From contig CANQSP010000001.1 in assembly GCA_947626555.1 (NCBI GenBank), positions 42 to 64,041 on the forward strand: DNA of 64,000 bases, read 5' to 3'. Of this stretch, positions 49,668-60,689 are shown piece after piece. The notes below the pieces were generated by a model. The model did no database searches and was not told the origin of the DNA. It was given only the letters and a program-made list of their open reading frames with translations. The translations under genes were made by a program, and so were the position numbers. This DNA is from an uncultured Clostridia bacterium (lineage in GTDB: Bacteria; Bacillota; Clostridia; TANB77; CAG-508). Each line of letters starts with the position of its first letter. The stretch's first letter is position 1.

Positions 49668-50861
49668 ATGAAAGTTAGAGTATTAGCATCAACAAAATTA
49701 GGTTATGAATTACCAATAGAAGAAGCTATTAAATTTTCTGGAACAGAGGCAGGAGTTTGTTATATGCCAGATGATATTGACGCACTTCTTAATGAAGATG
49801 AACAAAAAACAAATAAAAGGGCATCAATGACAATGAGTTCTGGACATCATAGCGTATTCGGACATAGCAAATATAATTTCGCTTTTGAAGAAATTCCTAA
49901 AATATTAGCAATGATTCTTAACAATGAAAAAGTATATGATACTTCAGAAAAGTCAGCGAGATATACAAAAATGAAACCTTCAAAGGAAGAAGAAGCATTA
50001 TATGAGAAGTGGATTGAGTTATATAGTAAAGAGATAGATAAAATATATCCACCAATAAATACTGAAGGCAAAACTGAAGAAGAAATAGAAAAAGCTCAAA
50101 AATCTAGAAGTACAGCTATAAGAAAAAAAGCCCAAGAAAATGCAAGATATCTAATAAGCGTATTTACACCAGCTACTACAATGGGCCATACTATTGATTT
50201 AAGGCAATTTAGCTATATATTGCATTGGATAGATGATTTTGTGAAAAATGCAGAAAATACAAAGTTTAATGAACAGTTAAAACCAATACTATCTGAATTT
50301 GTAAATATGTGTGAAAAATATAAAATAGATGGAATTAATACTGATGTAAAACATAGAAAACTTTCATTATTTACCGATATAGAAAGAGAAGACGAATGGG
50401 GAGAAAATTATTGTACTACATACATTGGAACGTTTGCAGAACTTGCACAGGCTCAAAGGCATAGGACTATTTCTTATGAAATGAGTTTATTACCAGAACC
50501 ACAATTTTTTGTTCCACCAATTATAAAAGGTACAGAACTTGAAAATGAATGGCTAAAAGATATTTCTTCATTAGCAGATAGATTCCCACAGGGTATGTTA
50601 ATAAAAATAAATGAAAGAGGAACAGTGGAAAATTTTGTACTTAAGGGTTATGAACGTTTATGTGGAGAGGCACAATTAGAAATTGCACATCAAACAGATG
50701 AAACAATGAAAAAATATTTACAGAATACAAAAGACGTTAAACCTAGAGTATATGATTATTTAAAACAATATTCAAATGGTGCAAGATGCACATTTCCAGG
50801 GTTTAAATGTGTAAAACCATGTATATGGGGCGCAAAAGGTGCTTTAAATAGAGTATTTTAA
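49668..50861 (+). CDS. ThyX-like protein, divergent long paralog 2 (~60% identical to 38777-39928)
   Basis: Same motif set (HHSVFGH, SEKSARYTKM, ENARYLISVFTPAT, late RHRT). Confidence 0.5.
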   Translation: MKVRVLASTKLGYELPIEEAIKFSGTEAGVCYMPDDIDALLNEDEQKTNKRASMTMSSGHHSVFGHSKYNFAFEEIPKILAMILNNEKVYDTSEKSARYTKMKPSKEEEALYEKWIELYSKEIDKIYPPINTEGKTEEEIEKAQKSRSTAIRKKAQENARYLISVFTPATTMGHTIDLRQFSYILHWIDDFVKNAENTKFNEQLKPILSEFVNMCEKYKIDGINTDVKHRKLSLFTDIEREDEWGENYCTTYIGTFAELAQAQRHRTISYEMSLLPEPQFFVPPIIKGTELENEWLKDISSLADRFPQGMLIKINERGTVENFVLKGYERLCGEAQLEIAHQTDETMKKYLQNTKDVKPRVYDYLKQYSNGARCTFPGFKCVKPCIWGAKGALNRVF

Positions 50862-51156
50862 TTCAAAGTTAGAATAATTTTATTTTTTATTATAGGTGCA
50901 TAAAGTTATTTACATATGCTATTATATTCTAAATTGTATATATCTGTTGAGTTTTTGTTATGTATTAAGTTTTTATGCTATTAATATAAATAGTTTATAC
51001 AAAAATAAGGCAACATTATACCTAAAGTTATTAATAGAACTACTTTATTTTATATAAATTGATTTTTATATAAGTTTGGTCTATATAAGTTTTTTATATA
51101 AATTTGGTTTTATATAGGTACTTTAGTTAAAATGTTAGCCTTATTTTTATGATAAA

Positions 51157-51405
51157 TTATTGCTGTGCCATGTATTTTTGTTTTGCAGTATCAACTTTAT
51201 TTTGTTCAGCGTTGTCTGTTTTGTACCAGCCTTTTTCTGCCATCATGTTATAAAGTTTGTTTTGGATGTTTAAAGATTCATTTAAAGCATCTTTAAAAGC
51301 AGTATGAACATCTTGTGATGTAGACTCTAATGCACCATGAAGATATAAATCGCAAACACCTTTAATTGTTAATAATTCACTTTCCATTAAATCTTTGTCT
51401 TCCAT
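51157..51405 (-). CDS. Coat F-domain spore coat protein
   Basis: ...LNIQNKLYNMMAEKGWYK matches Coat_F; own RBS AAGGAGGGG. Confidence 0.65.
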   Translation of the reverse strand: MEDKDLMESELLTIKGVCDLYLHGALESTSQDVHTAFKDALNESLNIQNKLYNMMAEKGWYKTDNAEQNKVDTAKQKYMAQQ

Positions 51406-51415
51406 AAGCCCCTCC

Positions 51416-51589
51416 TTATAATAAATTTAAAAATTTGTTATACAACCCTGCATGTTTCTGTTCTAATTCACTTAAATAATTAGAAAGATTAGGGTCTGTT
51501 AATTTTGCAGATGCATTTTGACTACATGTTTTCATAAAATTTTCATGTCCTAAAGCATCTTCAATGTACAATAGTTCTTTGCTTGTCAT
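51416..51589 (-). CDS. small Coat F-like spore coat protein
   Basis: MTSKELLYIEDALGHENF...; ATG 51589 after GGTGGTGA RBS (ORF track GTG 51601). Confidence 0.5.
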   Translation of the reverse strand: MTSKELLYIEDALGHENFMKTCSQNASAKLTDPNLSNYLSELEQKHAGLYNKFLNLL

Positions 51590-51735
51590 ATATATCACCA
51601 CCTACAAATATAATTGCCAAATTTGATAAATATATACATGCATTTAGCATATAATGGTAATAGAGTATTAAATATCAAATTATATTAAAGTAAAGCACTG
51701 TAAAATTTTGTGCATAGAGAAAGGAATGTGTTTAT

Positions 51736-52032
51736 ATGGATGGTAATTATGAAACGGTTATAAATACACCAATGGGAAATTTAAATACCAAAATACAATT
51801 AAGAACAAATGGTGATGAACTAAATGGAACTGTTAATATAATGGGAATGACAAATAATATAACAGGAGGAAAGGTAAATGGTAATAAGTGTTATTTTAAA
51901 GGAAGATTAAACAATAATGTTCTAAATTTGCAATATGAAATTGCGGGAGAATTAATAGGCAATATATTAAATATATGTGCTCGAACTAATATGGGGGAGT
52001 TTAAATTACAAGCAAGAAAAGTGAACTGTTAG
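51736..52032 (+). CDS. hypothetical protein (98 aa, Asn/Gly-rich)
   Basis: GAAAGGAA RBS; no recognisable domain. Confidence 0.35.
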   Translation: MDGNYETVINTPMGNLNTKIQLRTNGDELNGTVNIMGMTNNITGGKVNGNKCYFKGRLNNNVLNLQYEIAGELIGNILNICARTNMGEFKLQARKVNC

Positions 52033-52275
52033 TTAGATAAATTTGATTTAGCAAAATTGAAATTTTATTTAATTATGATAGATAAAAGGAATTTTAGTTT
52101 GAAAAATAGAAGAACATACTAGAAAAGATTTTTCTAGTATGTGTTATCAAAGAATTAATTTTATTTGTGAAATAAAAAGATGTTGAAAAATAAAAAAACA
52201 AAAAAATAGTAAAAAATATAGAATTCATGAAAAAAGTATGCTATTATATATAGTGTACTTTTTAATTTTAAATAT

Positions 52276-52351
52276 TGGGGTATCGCCAAGCGGTAAGGCA
52301 TCGGACTCTGACTCCGACATTTCCTAGGTTCGAATCCTAGTACCCCAGCCA
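52276..52351 (+). tRNA. tRNA-Gln (anticodon CTG), CCA encoded
   Basis: Acceptor TGGGGTA/TACCCCA, anticodon stem TCGGA/TCCGA with loop CTCTGAC, T-arm CTAGG-TTCGAAT-CCTAG, discriminator G + CCA. Confidence 0.85.
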
Positions 52352-52355
52352 AAAA

Positions 52356-52412
52356 GCAGGGTTTTGAAAGGTATTTCAAAAAGTATGAAATATATTCAAA
52401 ACCCTGCTATTA
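52356..52412 (+). terminator. long-hairpin terminator after tRNA-Gln
   Basis: GCAGGGTTTTGAA ... TTCAAAACCCTGC. Confidence 0.6.
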
Positions 52413-52728
52413 TTAGGTTGTAGGCTTTCAAACTTTTTTTGACCGATGTTCAAATATAATTGAAAACTTTTCGCACGGCTGTAAAATTTTACGTTAGATG
52501 GCGATAGAAAAGCAATTAGTTAGAAATATAAAACTAATGCTTTTTTTTTGCTTATATTACTTTTGTATCATCAATTAAGGGTCTTTTCTTTTTTATGTGC
52601 CATATTTAACAAGTATAAGAATAAATTATAAAAAATAGAAACATAATTAGAATAATAGAAAATATTGCATGATATAAATTAGCATTTTATATCTATAAAT
52701 ACTTATAAAAAGAAAGGATGAATATTGT

Positions 52729-53994
52729 ATGAAAGACTATTTAGGAATAGAAGACGTTAAGGCTATGGAGGTATTTGATTCAAGAGGAAATCCTACGGTT
52801 CAAGTAGAGGTAGTAACAGAAGGAGGATTTTCAGGTGTAGCAATAGTTCCATCAGGAGCATCAACAGGAAGTTTCGAAGCTATGGAATTAAGAGATGGTG
52901 ATGAAAGATTAAATGGAAAAGGAGTTCAAGTTGCAGTAAATAATGTAAATAAAAAAATAGCAAAGGCACTAAAAAAAATGAATGTGTATGAGCAAAGTAG
53001 AATAGACAGAATTTTAATAGATTTAGATGGAACGGAGAATAAAGAAAAATTAGGAGCAAATGCAATACTTGGAGCATCAATAGCTGTTGCAAAAGCAGCA
53101 GCAAATTCTTTAGGAATGAGCTTGTATAAATATTTAGGTGGAACAAATGCTAAAATATTACCTACCCCAATGATGAATATATTAAATGGGGGAAAACATT
53201 CAGATAATAACATAAGCATTCAAGAATTTATGATTATGCCTGTTAGTGGCAAAACTTTTAGAGAAAAGTTAGAAATGGGAGTAGAAGTTTATCATACTCT
53301 AAAGAAGATTTTAAAAGAAAAAGGATATAGTACAGCGGTTGGAGATGAAGGGGGTTTTGCACCAAACTTAGAAGGAGAAGAACAAGCGATAGAATTGTTA
53401 GTGGAAGCAATAGAAAAGTCAGGTTTTATTCCTAAAGATGACATTGCTATAAGTTTAGATATAGCAAGTACAGAAATGTATGATGAAGCAAAAAAAATAG
53501 GAAAAGATGGATATTACTTTTGGAAAAAAGATATCTTTAAAACAAAGGAAGAAATGATAGATTATATAGTAAATTTGACAGAAAAATATCCAATAATTTC
53601 AATAGAAGATGCTTTAGCAGAAGAAGATTGGGAATCATGGAAAATATTAACAGAAAGAATAGGAAACAAAATTCAATTAGTTGGTGATGATTTATTTGTT
53701 ACAAATACAAATAGATTACAAAAAGGAATAAATAATAAAGTAGCAAATAGTATATTAATAAAACCAAATCAAATTGGAACAATAACGGAAACATTAGATA
53801 CGATAGAGTTAGCAAAGAAAAATGGTTATACAACAGTAATATCTCATAGGTCAGGAGAGACTGAAGATACAACAATAGCCGATGTTGCAGTAGCTGTAAA
53901 TAGTGGTCAAATAAAGACAGGTGCTCCGTGTAGAACAGATAGAGTGGCTAAATATAACAGATTGCTAAATATTGAAGCAGAGCTAAACTATTAG
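52729..53994 (+). CDS. eno: enolase
   Basis: [15 protein letters not shown]..., SHRSGETED; stop TAG lies inside MITE copy C TIR. Confidence 0.95.
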   Translation: MKDYLGIEDVKAMEVFDSRGNPTVQVEVVTEGGFSGVAIVPSGASTGSFEAMELRDGDERLNGKGVQVAVNNVNKKIAKALKKMNVYEQSRIDRILIDLDGTENKEKLGANAILGASIAVAKAAANSLGMSLYKYLGGTNAKILPTPMMNILNGGKHSDNNISIQEFMIMPVSGKTFREKLEMGVEVYHTLKKILKEKGYSTAVGDEGGFAPNLEGEEQAIELLVEAIEKSGFIPKDDIAISLDIASTEMYDEAKKIGKDGYYFWKKDIFKTKEEMIDYIVNLTEKYPIISIEDALAEEDWESWKILTERIGNKIQLVGDDLFVTNTNRLQKGINNKVANSILIKPNQIGTITETLDTIELAKKNGYTTVISHRSGETEDTTIADVAVAVNSGQIKTGAPCRTDRVAKYNRLLNIEAELNY

Positions 53995-54314
53995 GGACGG
54001 GGTTAAATAGTTTAGTACAACTATTAATTTATAAAGAGTTAAACTATTAGGGACGGAGTTAAATAGTTTAACAACTTAATTGTTATATAGCAAAACATTA
54101 ATATTATATATTTTGAAGTGATTCGTGGGGACCGTTTTAGAAAATGTTACGAACATGTGTGAGTTACATTTTCTTAAATGGGGCAACGCAAAAATATATA
54201 ATATTAAGGTTTTGCAAGTAATATGATTTAAATTTTGTTAAACTATTTAACTCCGTCCCTAATAGTTTAATTAAAAAATAAGTGCTAAACTATTTAACCC
54301 CGTCCCTAATAGTT
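53986..54314. mobile_element. MITE-like element copy C (family 2: nested, double TIRs), TA-flanked
   Basis: Outer TIR AACTATTAGGGACGGGGTTAAATAGTTTAG + inner TA-flanked element with TIR AACTATTAGGGACGGAGTTAAATAGTTTAAC; palindromic core with GTGGGGACC. Confidence 0.8.
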
Positions 54315-54421
54315 TAGCAAAATAATAAAATTGTGTTGAATATTGTATAATTTTGTAATATACTAAATAAAGAATTTGCGATACAATTAGTTTATCAAAC
54401 TGTGAAAGGAATGTTAAAATA

Positions 54422-56308
54422 ATGACAGAAAAGATATTGGATCAAATAAATGAGCCAAAAGATTTAAAAAAATTAGATTATACACAGAAGAATAAACTAG
54501 CAGAAGAAATACGAGAAGAAATAATAAACACTGTGTCAAAAACGGGAGGGCATCTGGCTTCTAATTTAGGAGTTGTAGAACTTACCATAGCATTACACAG
54601 TGTATTTAATATGCCAGAAGATAAAATTATATGGGATGTAGGGCATCAGACATATGTTCATAAGATTTTGACTGGAAGGAAAGATAAACTAGGAACTTTA
54701 AGGCAGTTAGATGGAATGGCAGGATTTCCAAAGTCAAAAGAATCTGAATATGATAGTTTTAATACAGGTCATAGCAGTACATCTATTTCAGTTGCTTTAG
54801 GAATGGCAAGAGCAAGAGATTTAAAAAAAGAAGAAAACAACATTGTCGCTGTAATTGGAGATGGTGCATTAACTGGAGGTATGGCATTAGAAGCATTAAA
54901 TGATGCAGGTAATAGTGAAACGAGGTTAATAATTGTTTTAAATGACAATGAAATGAGTATTTCTAAAAATGTTGGTGGTATTTCTACTTTTTTAACAAGA
55001 ATAAGAACAAGGAAGTTTTATAAAAAATCTAATAACTTTGTAAGAAAAATTTTAGAAAAAATCCCTAAGTTCGGTCCATTTGTTATAAGATTTGCAAGGA
55101 AAATAAAATATAGTTTAAAGCAACTTATGATTCCTAATATGTTTTTCGAAGATATAGGATTAAAATATTTAGGTCCAGTAGATGGTCATGATATAGAAAG
55201 AGTAGAATGGATTTTAAACTTAGCAAAAAAAGAAATTGGACCAGTCTTAGTACATATTATAACTAAAAAAGGAAAAGGATATAAACCAGCAGAAGATAAT
55301 CCAGACAAATTTCATAGTACTTCTAGTTTTGATATAAAAACAGGAAAAAGTAAAAATGAAAAGAAAAAGGATTATTCAGAAGTATTTGGAAATAAATTAG
55401 TAAAGCTTGCTAAGAAAAATAAAGATATTGTTGCTATAACAGCTGCTATGACTGATGGAACAGGTCTTTCAAAGTTCAAAAATGAATTTCCAAATAGATT
55501 TTTTGATGTTGGAATAGCAGAACAACATGCAATAACAATGGCAGCAGGGCTTGCAAAAGCTGGATTAAAGCCTGTAGTATCAATATATTCATCATTTTAT
55601 CAAAGGGGTTATGATCAAATAATACATGATGTATGTATTCAAAATTTGCCAGTGGTTCTTTGTGTAGATAGAGCAGGTATAGTAGGAAATGATGGAGAAA
55701 CACATCAGGGAATTTATGATTTATCATTTTTTAATATAGTTCCAAATTTAACTATTATGGCACCAAAGGATTTTGAAGAATTAGAACAAATGCTTGAATT
55801 TGCATTAAGTTTAAATTCACCTGTAGTTATTAGATATCCAAGAGGTGGAGAAGAGGCACAAAAGTTTGAAAAGCACGATAGAGTAGAATTGGGAAAGTCA
55901 GAAATTTTAGATAAAATAAAAAATAAAGAGCATATCAAAAGTACTAAAGCAACTATATTAGCAATAGGAAAAATGGTAGCAAGGGGAAAAGAAGTTGCAG
56001 AACAGTTAAAAGAAAAAAATATAGAAGCAGAACTTATAAATGTTAGATTTTTAAAGCCAATAGATGAAGAAACAATAAAAAAATCAATAGAAAAGACAAA
56101 AAGGGTAATAACTATAGAGGATAATATAATAAAAGGTGGATTAGGAGATGAGGTAAAGAATATTATATGTAAAAATGAAATAAAGGATGTAAAAATAAAA
56201 TGTTTTGGTTATCCAGATGAATTTATAAAGCATGGAAGTATGCAGGAGTTAGAGAAAATTTACGGATTAGATAAAGAAAGTATATTACAAGATAAAATAT
56301 GGGAATAA
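54422..56308 (+). CDS. dxs: 1-deoxy-D-xylulose-5-phosphate synthase
   Basis: GGHLASNLG, GDGALTGG TPP motifs; 628 aa. Confidence 0.95.
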   Translation: MTEKILDQINEPKDLKKLDYTQKNKLAEEIREEIINTVSKTGGHLASNLGVVELTIALHSVFNMPEDKIIWDVGHQTYVHKILTGRKDKLGTLRQLDGMAGFPKSKESEYDSFNTGHSSTSISVALGMARARDLKKEENNIVAVIGDGALTGGMALEALNDAGNSETRLIIVLNDNEMSISKNVGGISTFLTRIRTRKFYKKSNNFVRKILEKIPKFGPFVIRFARKIKYSLKQLMIPNMFFEDIGLKYLGPVDGHDIERVEWILNLAKKEIGPVLVHIITKKGKGYKPAEDNPDKFHSTSSFDIKTGKSKNEKKKDYSEVFGNKLVKLAKKNKDIVAITAAMTDGTGLSKFKNEFPNRFFDVGIAEQHAITMAAGLAKAGLKPVVSIYSSFYQRGYDQIIHDVCIQNLPVVLCVDRAGIVGNDGETHQGIYDLSFFNIVPNLTIMAPKDFEELEQMLEFALSLNSPVVIRYPRGGEEAQKFEKHDRVELGKSEILDKIKNKEHIKSTKATILAIGKMVARGKEVAEQLKEKNIEAELINVRFLKPIDEETIKKSIEKTKRVITIEDNIIKGGLGDEVKNIICKNEIKDVKIKCFGYPDEFIKHGSMQELEKIYGLDKESILQDKIWE

Positions 56309-56502
56309 CTCTATGCAATATAATGAAATTAATGCAATATGCTATAAGAGAAGGCGAATTTTGGACTGAAAAAACATAAATAGTAATTAAAAATTTAAAA
56401 AAGTATAATCAATAATAAAGTAATGAAAAATTGAAAAATCAAAATAAAGTAATATATTAGAGAAATTTTATATTAAAAGAAGATGATAATAAGAGGTAAA
56501 TT

Positions 56503-57300
56503 ATGGATTGGAAAAAAGATGACAATCAATTCTTAATGTCAAAAATAATAGATAAATTTAATCTTTGTGAAACTAGAAATAAAGTAGAAAATACAGATTT
56601 TTTAGATGAAAATCAAAAGCAATTAGTATACAATTTTTTACAATCTCAAAAATATAGGCACTATTTGTTTTATGGAGGTATAGAAAATGCTGAACGAAAT
56701 GTGCTTATAGTTTTTCCAGATAAATTGGAACGAGTTATTGAAAATGATGAGTTTGATTTTAATAATATTCTGGATGCTATAAGAATACAACTTCCAAATG
56801 AGTTGTATGGTAAATATGTTCATAGAAATTATTTAGGTGCACTAATGAAATTGGGAATAAAAAGAGAGAAAATAGGAGATATAGTTGTTAAAGAAGATGG
56901 GGCAGATATAATATTAAGTAAAGATATTACAAAGTTTGTATTAATTAATTTAGGTGAATTAATAAGATTCAAGAAAGCACAAATTACTCAAATAAAGTTA
57001 CAAGAAATAAGAATTAATGTAGTAGTTAAAGAAGTATTTCAAATTACAATTCCATCTATGAGACTAGATAATATTGTTTCGGAATTAATTAATTCTTCTA
57101 GAAGCAAAGCTGTTGAATTAATTTTAAATGAAAAGGTTTTTATAAATTATGAAGCAATAACAAAAACTTCAAAGGAAGTAAAAGAAAATGATAAAATTAC
57201 AATTAGAGGAAAAGGAAAATTTGAAATATTAGAAATAATGGGAAGTACAAGAAAGAACAAAATAATTTTAAAGGTATCACAAATTGGTGGAAAACAGTAA
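56503..57300 (+). CDS. S4-domain RNA-binding protein, YlmH-like
   Basis: C-terminal S4 fold (MRLDNIVSELINSSRSKAVELI); 265 aa. Confidence 0.6.
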   Translation: MDWKKDDNQFLMSKIIDKFNLCETRNKVENTDFLDENQKQLVYNFLQSQKYRHYLFYGGIENAERNVLIVFPDKLERVIENDEFDFNNILDAIRIQLPNELYGKYVHRNYLGALMKLGIKREKIGDIVVKEDGADIILSKDITKFVLINLGELIRFKKAQITQIKLQEIRINVVVKEVFQITIPSMRLDNIVSELINSSRSKAVELILNEKVFINYEAITKTSKEVKENDKITIRGKGKFEILEIMGSTRKNKIILKVSQIGGKQ

Positions 57301-57380
57301 AAATTTAAATGATTGATTTTAGGTTATAAAAAAATAAGCAAGATGTGAATAACAAAAGAAAATAAAGGGGGTATTTAAGA

Positions 57381-58982
57381 TTGAAAACTAAGTATATTTT
57401 TGTAACAGGAGGGGTTGTATCAGGATTAGGAAAAGGCATAACTGCGGCATCGTTAGGAAGGTTATTAAAAAATAGGGGATATAAGGTAGTAAATCAAAAA
57501 TTTGATCCATACTTAAATGTAGATCCTGGAACAATGAGTCCATACGAACATGGAGAGGTTTTTGTTACAGATGATGGCGCTGAAACAGATTTGGATTTGG
57601 GACATTATGAAAGATTTACTGATGAAAATTTAACAAAAAATTCAAGTATAACTATGGGAAAAATTTATCAAAATGTATTAGAGAGAGAAAGAAGAGGAGA
57701 TTATTTAGGTAAAACGGTTCAAGTAATTCCACATGTTACAAATGCTATAAAAGAGAAAATATATGCTTTTGAAAAAACAGATGTAGATATTGTAATAACT
57801 GAGATTGGTGGAACTGTAGGAGATATTGAAGGATTATCTATTATAGAGGCAATAAGACAAGTTGGAATAGAAAAGGATGTAGAAGATGTAATATATGTTC
57901 ATGTAACTTTATTACCATATATAAGTGGTTCAAATGAATTAAAATCAAAGCCAACTCAGCATTCTGTAAAAGAATTGCAATCTTTTGGAATAAAGCCAGA
58001 TATATTAGTTTGTAGAACAGAAGTTGATATACCAGATAATTTAAGAGAAAAAATAGCATTATTCTGCAATGTTAGGAAAGAAAGCGTTATAGCAAACAAA
58101 ACGGCATCTTGTTTATATGAGGTACCAATATTATTAGAGCAAGAAGGGTTAGCAAAAGAAGTTTGTAAACATCTATGCTTAGAAAAATGTGAGCCACATA
58201 ATGAAAAGTGGGAAGAAATGTTAAGTAAAATAAAAAATGCTTCTAATAACAAGATAAAGGTTGCGATAGTAGGAAAATATGTAAAGCTGGAAGATTCATA
58301 TTTGTCTGTTGCAGAAAGTTTAAAACATGCTGGTTTCGAAAATGGAGTTAATGTAAAGGTAGATTTTATAGATGCTGAATTAATAACTTCTAAAAATGCA
58401 AAGGATAAGCTAAAAGATTATTCAGCTATAGTAGTTCCTGGAGGTTTTGGCAATAGAGGAATAGAAGGAAAAATTCAAACTATAAAATATGCAAGGGAAA
58501 ATAAAGTCCCATTTTTAGGAATATGTTTAGGAATGCAAATGGTAGTTGTTGAATTTGCAAGAGATGTATTGAAATTAAAAAATGCAAATTCTGAAGAATT
58601 TGACGAATTATGTGAAGACCCAGTTATACATATAATGTATAGTCAAAAAGATGTGACTAAAAAAGGTGGTACTATGAGGCTTGGAAGCTATCCTTGTGTA
58701 ATAAAAAAAGGAACTCTTGCAGAAAAAGTATATAATCAAATTGAAATAAATGAAAGACATCGCCATAGATTTGAATATAATAATGATTATAAAGAGAGAT
58801 TAGAAGAAGCGGGATTAAAATGTTCAGGTGTATCTCCTGATGGCACTTTAGTAGAAATGGTAGAGCTAGAGCAGGACAAGCACCCATTCTTTATTGCAAG
58901 TCAATTTCACCCAGAATTTAAATCAAGACCAGATAGACCAGCGCCTCTTTTTGTAGGGTTAATAAAAGCTTGCTTGAAATAA
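57381..58982 (+). CDS. pyrG: CTP synthase
   Basis: TTG start after AAAGGGGGT; [17 protein letters not shown], glutaminase GICLGMQ. Confidence 0.95.
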   Translation: MKTKYIFVTGGVVSGLGKGITAASLGRLLKNRGYKVVNQKFDPYLNVDPGTMSPYEHGEVFVTDDGAETDLDLGHYERFTDENLTKNSSITMGKIYQNVLERERRGDYLGKTVQVIPHVTNAIKEKIYAFEKTDVDIVITEIGGTVGDIEGLSIIEAIRQVGIEKDVEDVIYVHVTLLPYISGSNELKSKPTQHSVKELQSFGIKPDILVCRTEVDIPDNLREKIALFCNVRKESVIANKTASCLYEVPILLEQEGLAKEVCKHLCLEKCEPHNEKWEEMLSKIKNASNNKIKVAIVGKYVKLEDSYLSVAESLKHAGFENGVNVKVDFIDAELITSKNAKDKLKDYSAIVVPGGFGNRGIEGKIQTIKYARENKVPFLGICLGMQMVVVEFARDVLKLKNANSEEFDELCEDPVIHIMYSQKDVTKKGGTMRLGSYPCVIKKGTLAEKVYNQIEINERHRHRFEYNNDYKERLEEAGLKCSGVSPDGTLVEMVELEQDKHPFFIASQFHPEFKSRPDRPAPLFVGLIKACLK

Positions 58983-59073
58983 AAAAGTTGAGTAAATATC
59001 CAACGTTTTTCAAAATGAATAAAAAACACCAAATTTGGAAATTATATTTTCAAGAAGAGGTGTTTTTATTTAT

Positions 59074-59778
59074 ATGAGAAAAAAAATAAAACAGAATTTT
59101 AAGAAAAATTTGAGATGTATAATAATATTAATTATGTTATTTGTAATGTTTATATCTTATAATGTATTTTTTAGAAATGACGAGATATATGCTCTTTCTA
59201 AATATGGTTCAAGAGGGTCAGAAGTAACACAAATACAAACAAAACTTAAAAGATGGGGGTATTATTCTGGAAGTATAGATGGAATATATGGAAGTAAAAC
59301 ACTAGAAGCTGTAAAATATTTTCAAAGAAAAAATGGTCTCACAGCAGACGGAATAGCTGGAACAAAAACGCTACAAGCAATGGGTATATATACATCATCT
59401 AATACAAGTTCTTCATCAAGTACAAACTCAAGTAATTTAAATTTGTTAGCAAGATTAGTGTATGGAGAATCAAGAGGAGAACCATACTCAGGTCAAGTTG
59501 CAGTAGCAGCGGTTGTATTAAATAGAGTGAAAAGTTCAAATTTTCCTAATACAATTTCAGGTGTAATATATCAATCAGGTGCTTTTGATGCTGTATCAGA
59601 TGGACAAATAAATTTGTCACCAAATAGTACAGCTATAAAAGCAGCTCAGGATGCTATAAATGGTTGGGATCCATCTTATGGAGCAATTTATTACTTTAAT
59701 CCAGCAACAGCCACCAACAAATGGATTTGGTCAAGACCTGCAACTGTAACAATAGGCAGACATAGATTTTGCAAGTAA
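59074..59778 (+). CDS. sleB: spore cortex-lytic enzyme SleB-like (signal/TM + PG_binding_1 + Hydrolase_2)
   Basis: YGSRGSEVTQIQTKLKRWGYYSGSIDGIYGSKTLEAVKYFQRKNGLTADG (PG-binding), ARLVYGESRGEPYSGQVAVAAVVLNRV (SleB domain); stop TAA shared with MITE D end. Confidence 0.8.
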   Translation: MRKKIKQNFKKNLRCIIILIMLFVMFISYNVFFRNDEIYALSKYGSRGSEVTQIQTKLKRWGYYSGSIDGIYGSKTLEAVKYFQRKNGLTADGIAGTKTLQAMGIYTSSNTSSSSSTNSSNLNLLARLVYGESRGEPYSGQVAVAAVVLNRVKSSNFPNTISGVIYQSGAFDAVSDGQINLSPNSTAIKAAQDAINGWDPSYGAIYYFNPATATNKWIWSRPATVTIGRHRFCK

Positions 59779-60106
59779 ACTATTAGGGACGGGGTTAAAT
59801 AGTTTAGCACAATTAGTAATTTATAAAGAGTTAAACTATTAGGGACGGAGTTAAATAGTTTAACAAAATTTAAACTATATTACATGCAAAACATTAATAT
59901 TATATATTTTTGCGTTGACCCATTTAAGAAAATGTAACTCACATATGTTCGTAACATTTTCTAAAACGGTCCCCACGAATCACTTAAAAATATATAATAT
60001 TAATGTTTTGCTATGTAACAATTAAGTTGTTAAACTATTTAACTCCGTCCCTAATAGTTTAATTAAAAAATAAGTGCTAAACTATTTAACCCCGTCCCTA
60101 ATAGTT
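59778..60106. mobile_element. MITE-like element copy D (family 2, nested); inner segment inverted relative to copies C and E
   Basis: Outer TIRs/spacers co-linear with C, inner ~260 bp is reverse complement of C interior. Confidence 0.8.
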
Positions 60107-60170
60107 TAGTTGACAAAGCAGTACATAAATGATAAAATGAAACGGAATTTAAGAATAGTTGGAGGGCTAA

Positions 60171-60671
60171 ATGATATTTTACCCAAAATTATATATAGAA
60201 AATGTTCAAAAAATAAAAATAGATTATTTAAAACAAAATAAAATTAAAGCATTAATACTGGATGTAGACAATACGTTGGTAGACTTTTATAAAAAAATGC
60301 CAGAAGGTACAAAACAGTGGTGTGAAAGTTTGAAAAAACAAGGAATAAAGTTTTGTATATTGTCTAATAGCAATAATATAGAAAAAGTAGAAAAAGTCGC
60401 AGGAGAATTGCAAATACACTATATATATTTAGCAATGAAGCCACTAAAAAGAGGGTTTAAAAAGGCTATAGATTATTTAAAAGAAAAACCAGAAAATATT
60501 GCAGCAGTAGGAGACCAAATCTTTACTGATGTAATAGGGGCAAATAGATGTAAAATTATGTCAATATTAGTAAAGCCATTAGAAGAAAAAGATATATTAA
60601 TAACAAGAATAAAGAGACCTTTAGAAAATTTTGTTATAAAAAGGTATTTGAAAAGTGTGAAAGATAACTAA
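60171..60671 (+). CDS. yqeG: YqeG-family HAD-IIIA phosphatase
   Basis: LILDVDNTL, GDQIFTDV HAD motifs; 166 aa. Confidence 0.85.
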   Translation: MIFYPKLYIENVQKIKIDYLKQNKIKALILDVDNTLVDFYKKMPEGTKQWCESLKKQGIKFCILSNSNNIEKVEKVAGELQIHYIYLAMKPLKRGFKKAIDYLKEKPENIAAVGDQIFTDVIGANRCKIMSILVKPLEEKDILITRIKRPLENFVIKRYLKSVKDN

Positions 60672-60689
60672 AGAAAAGGAAGGAAAAAG

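Noticed and set aside
52161-52379. 72-aa minus-strand ORF
   Set aside because: It overlaps the well-folded tRNA-Gln and its terminator, so it is spurious.
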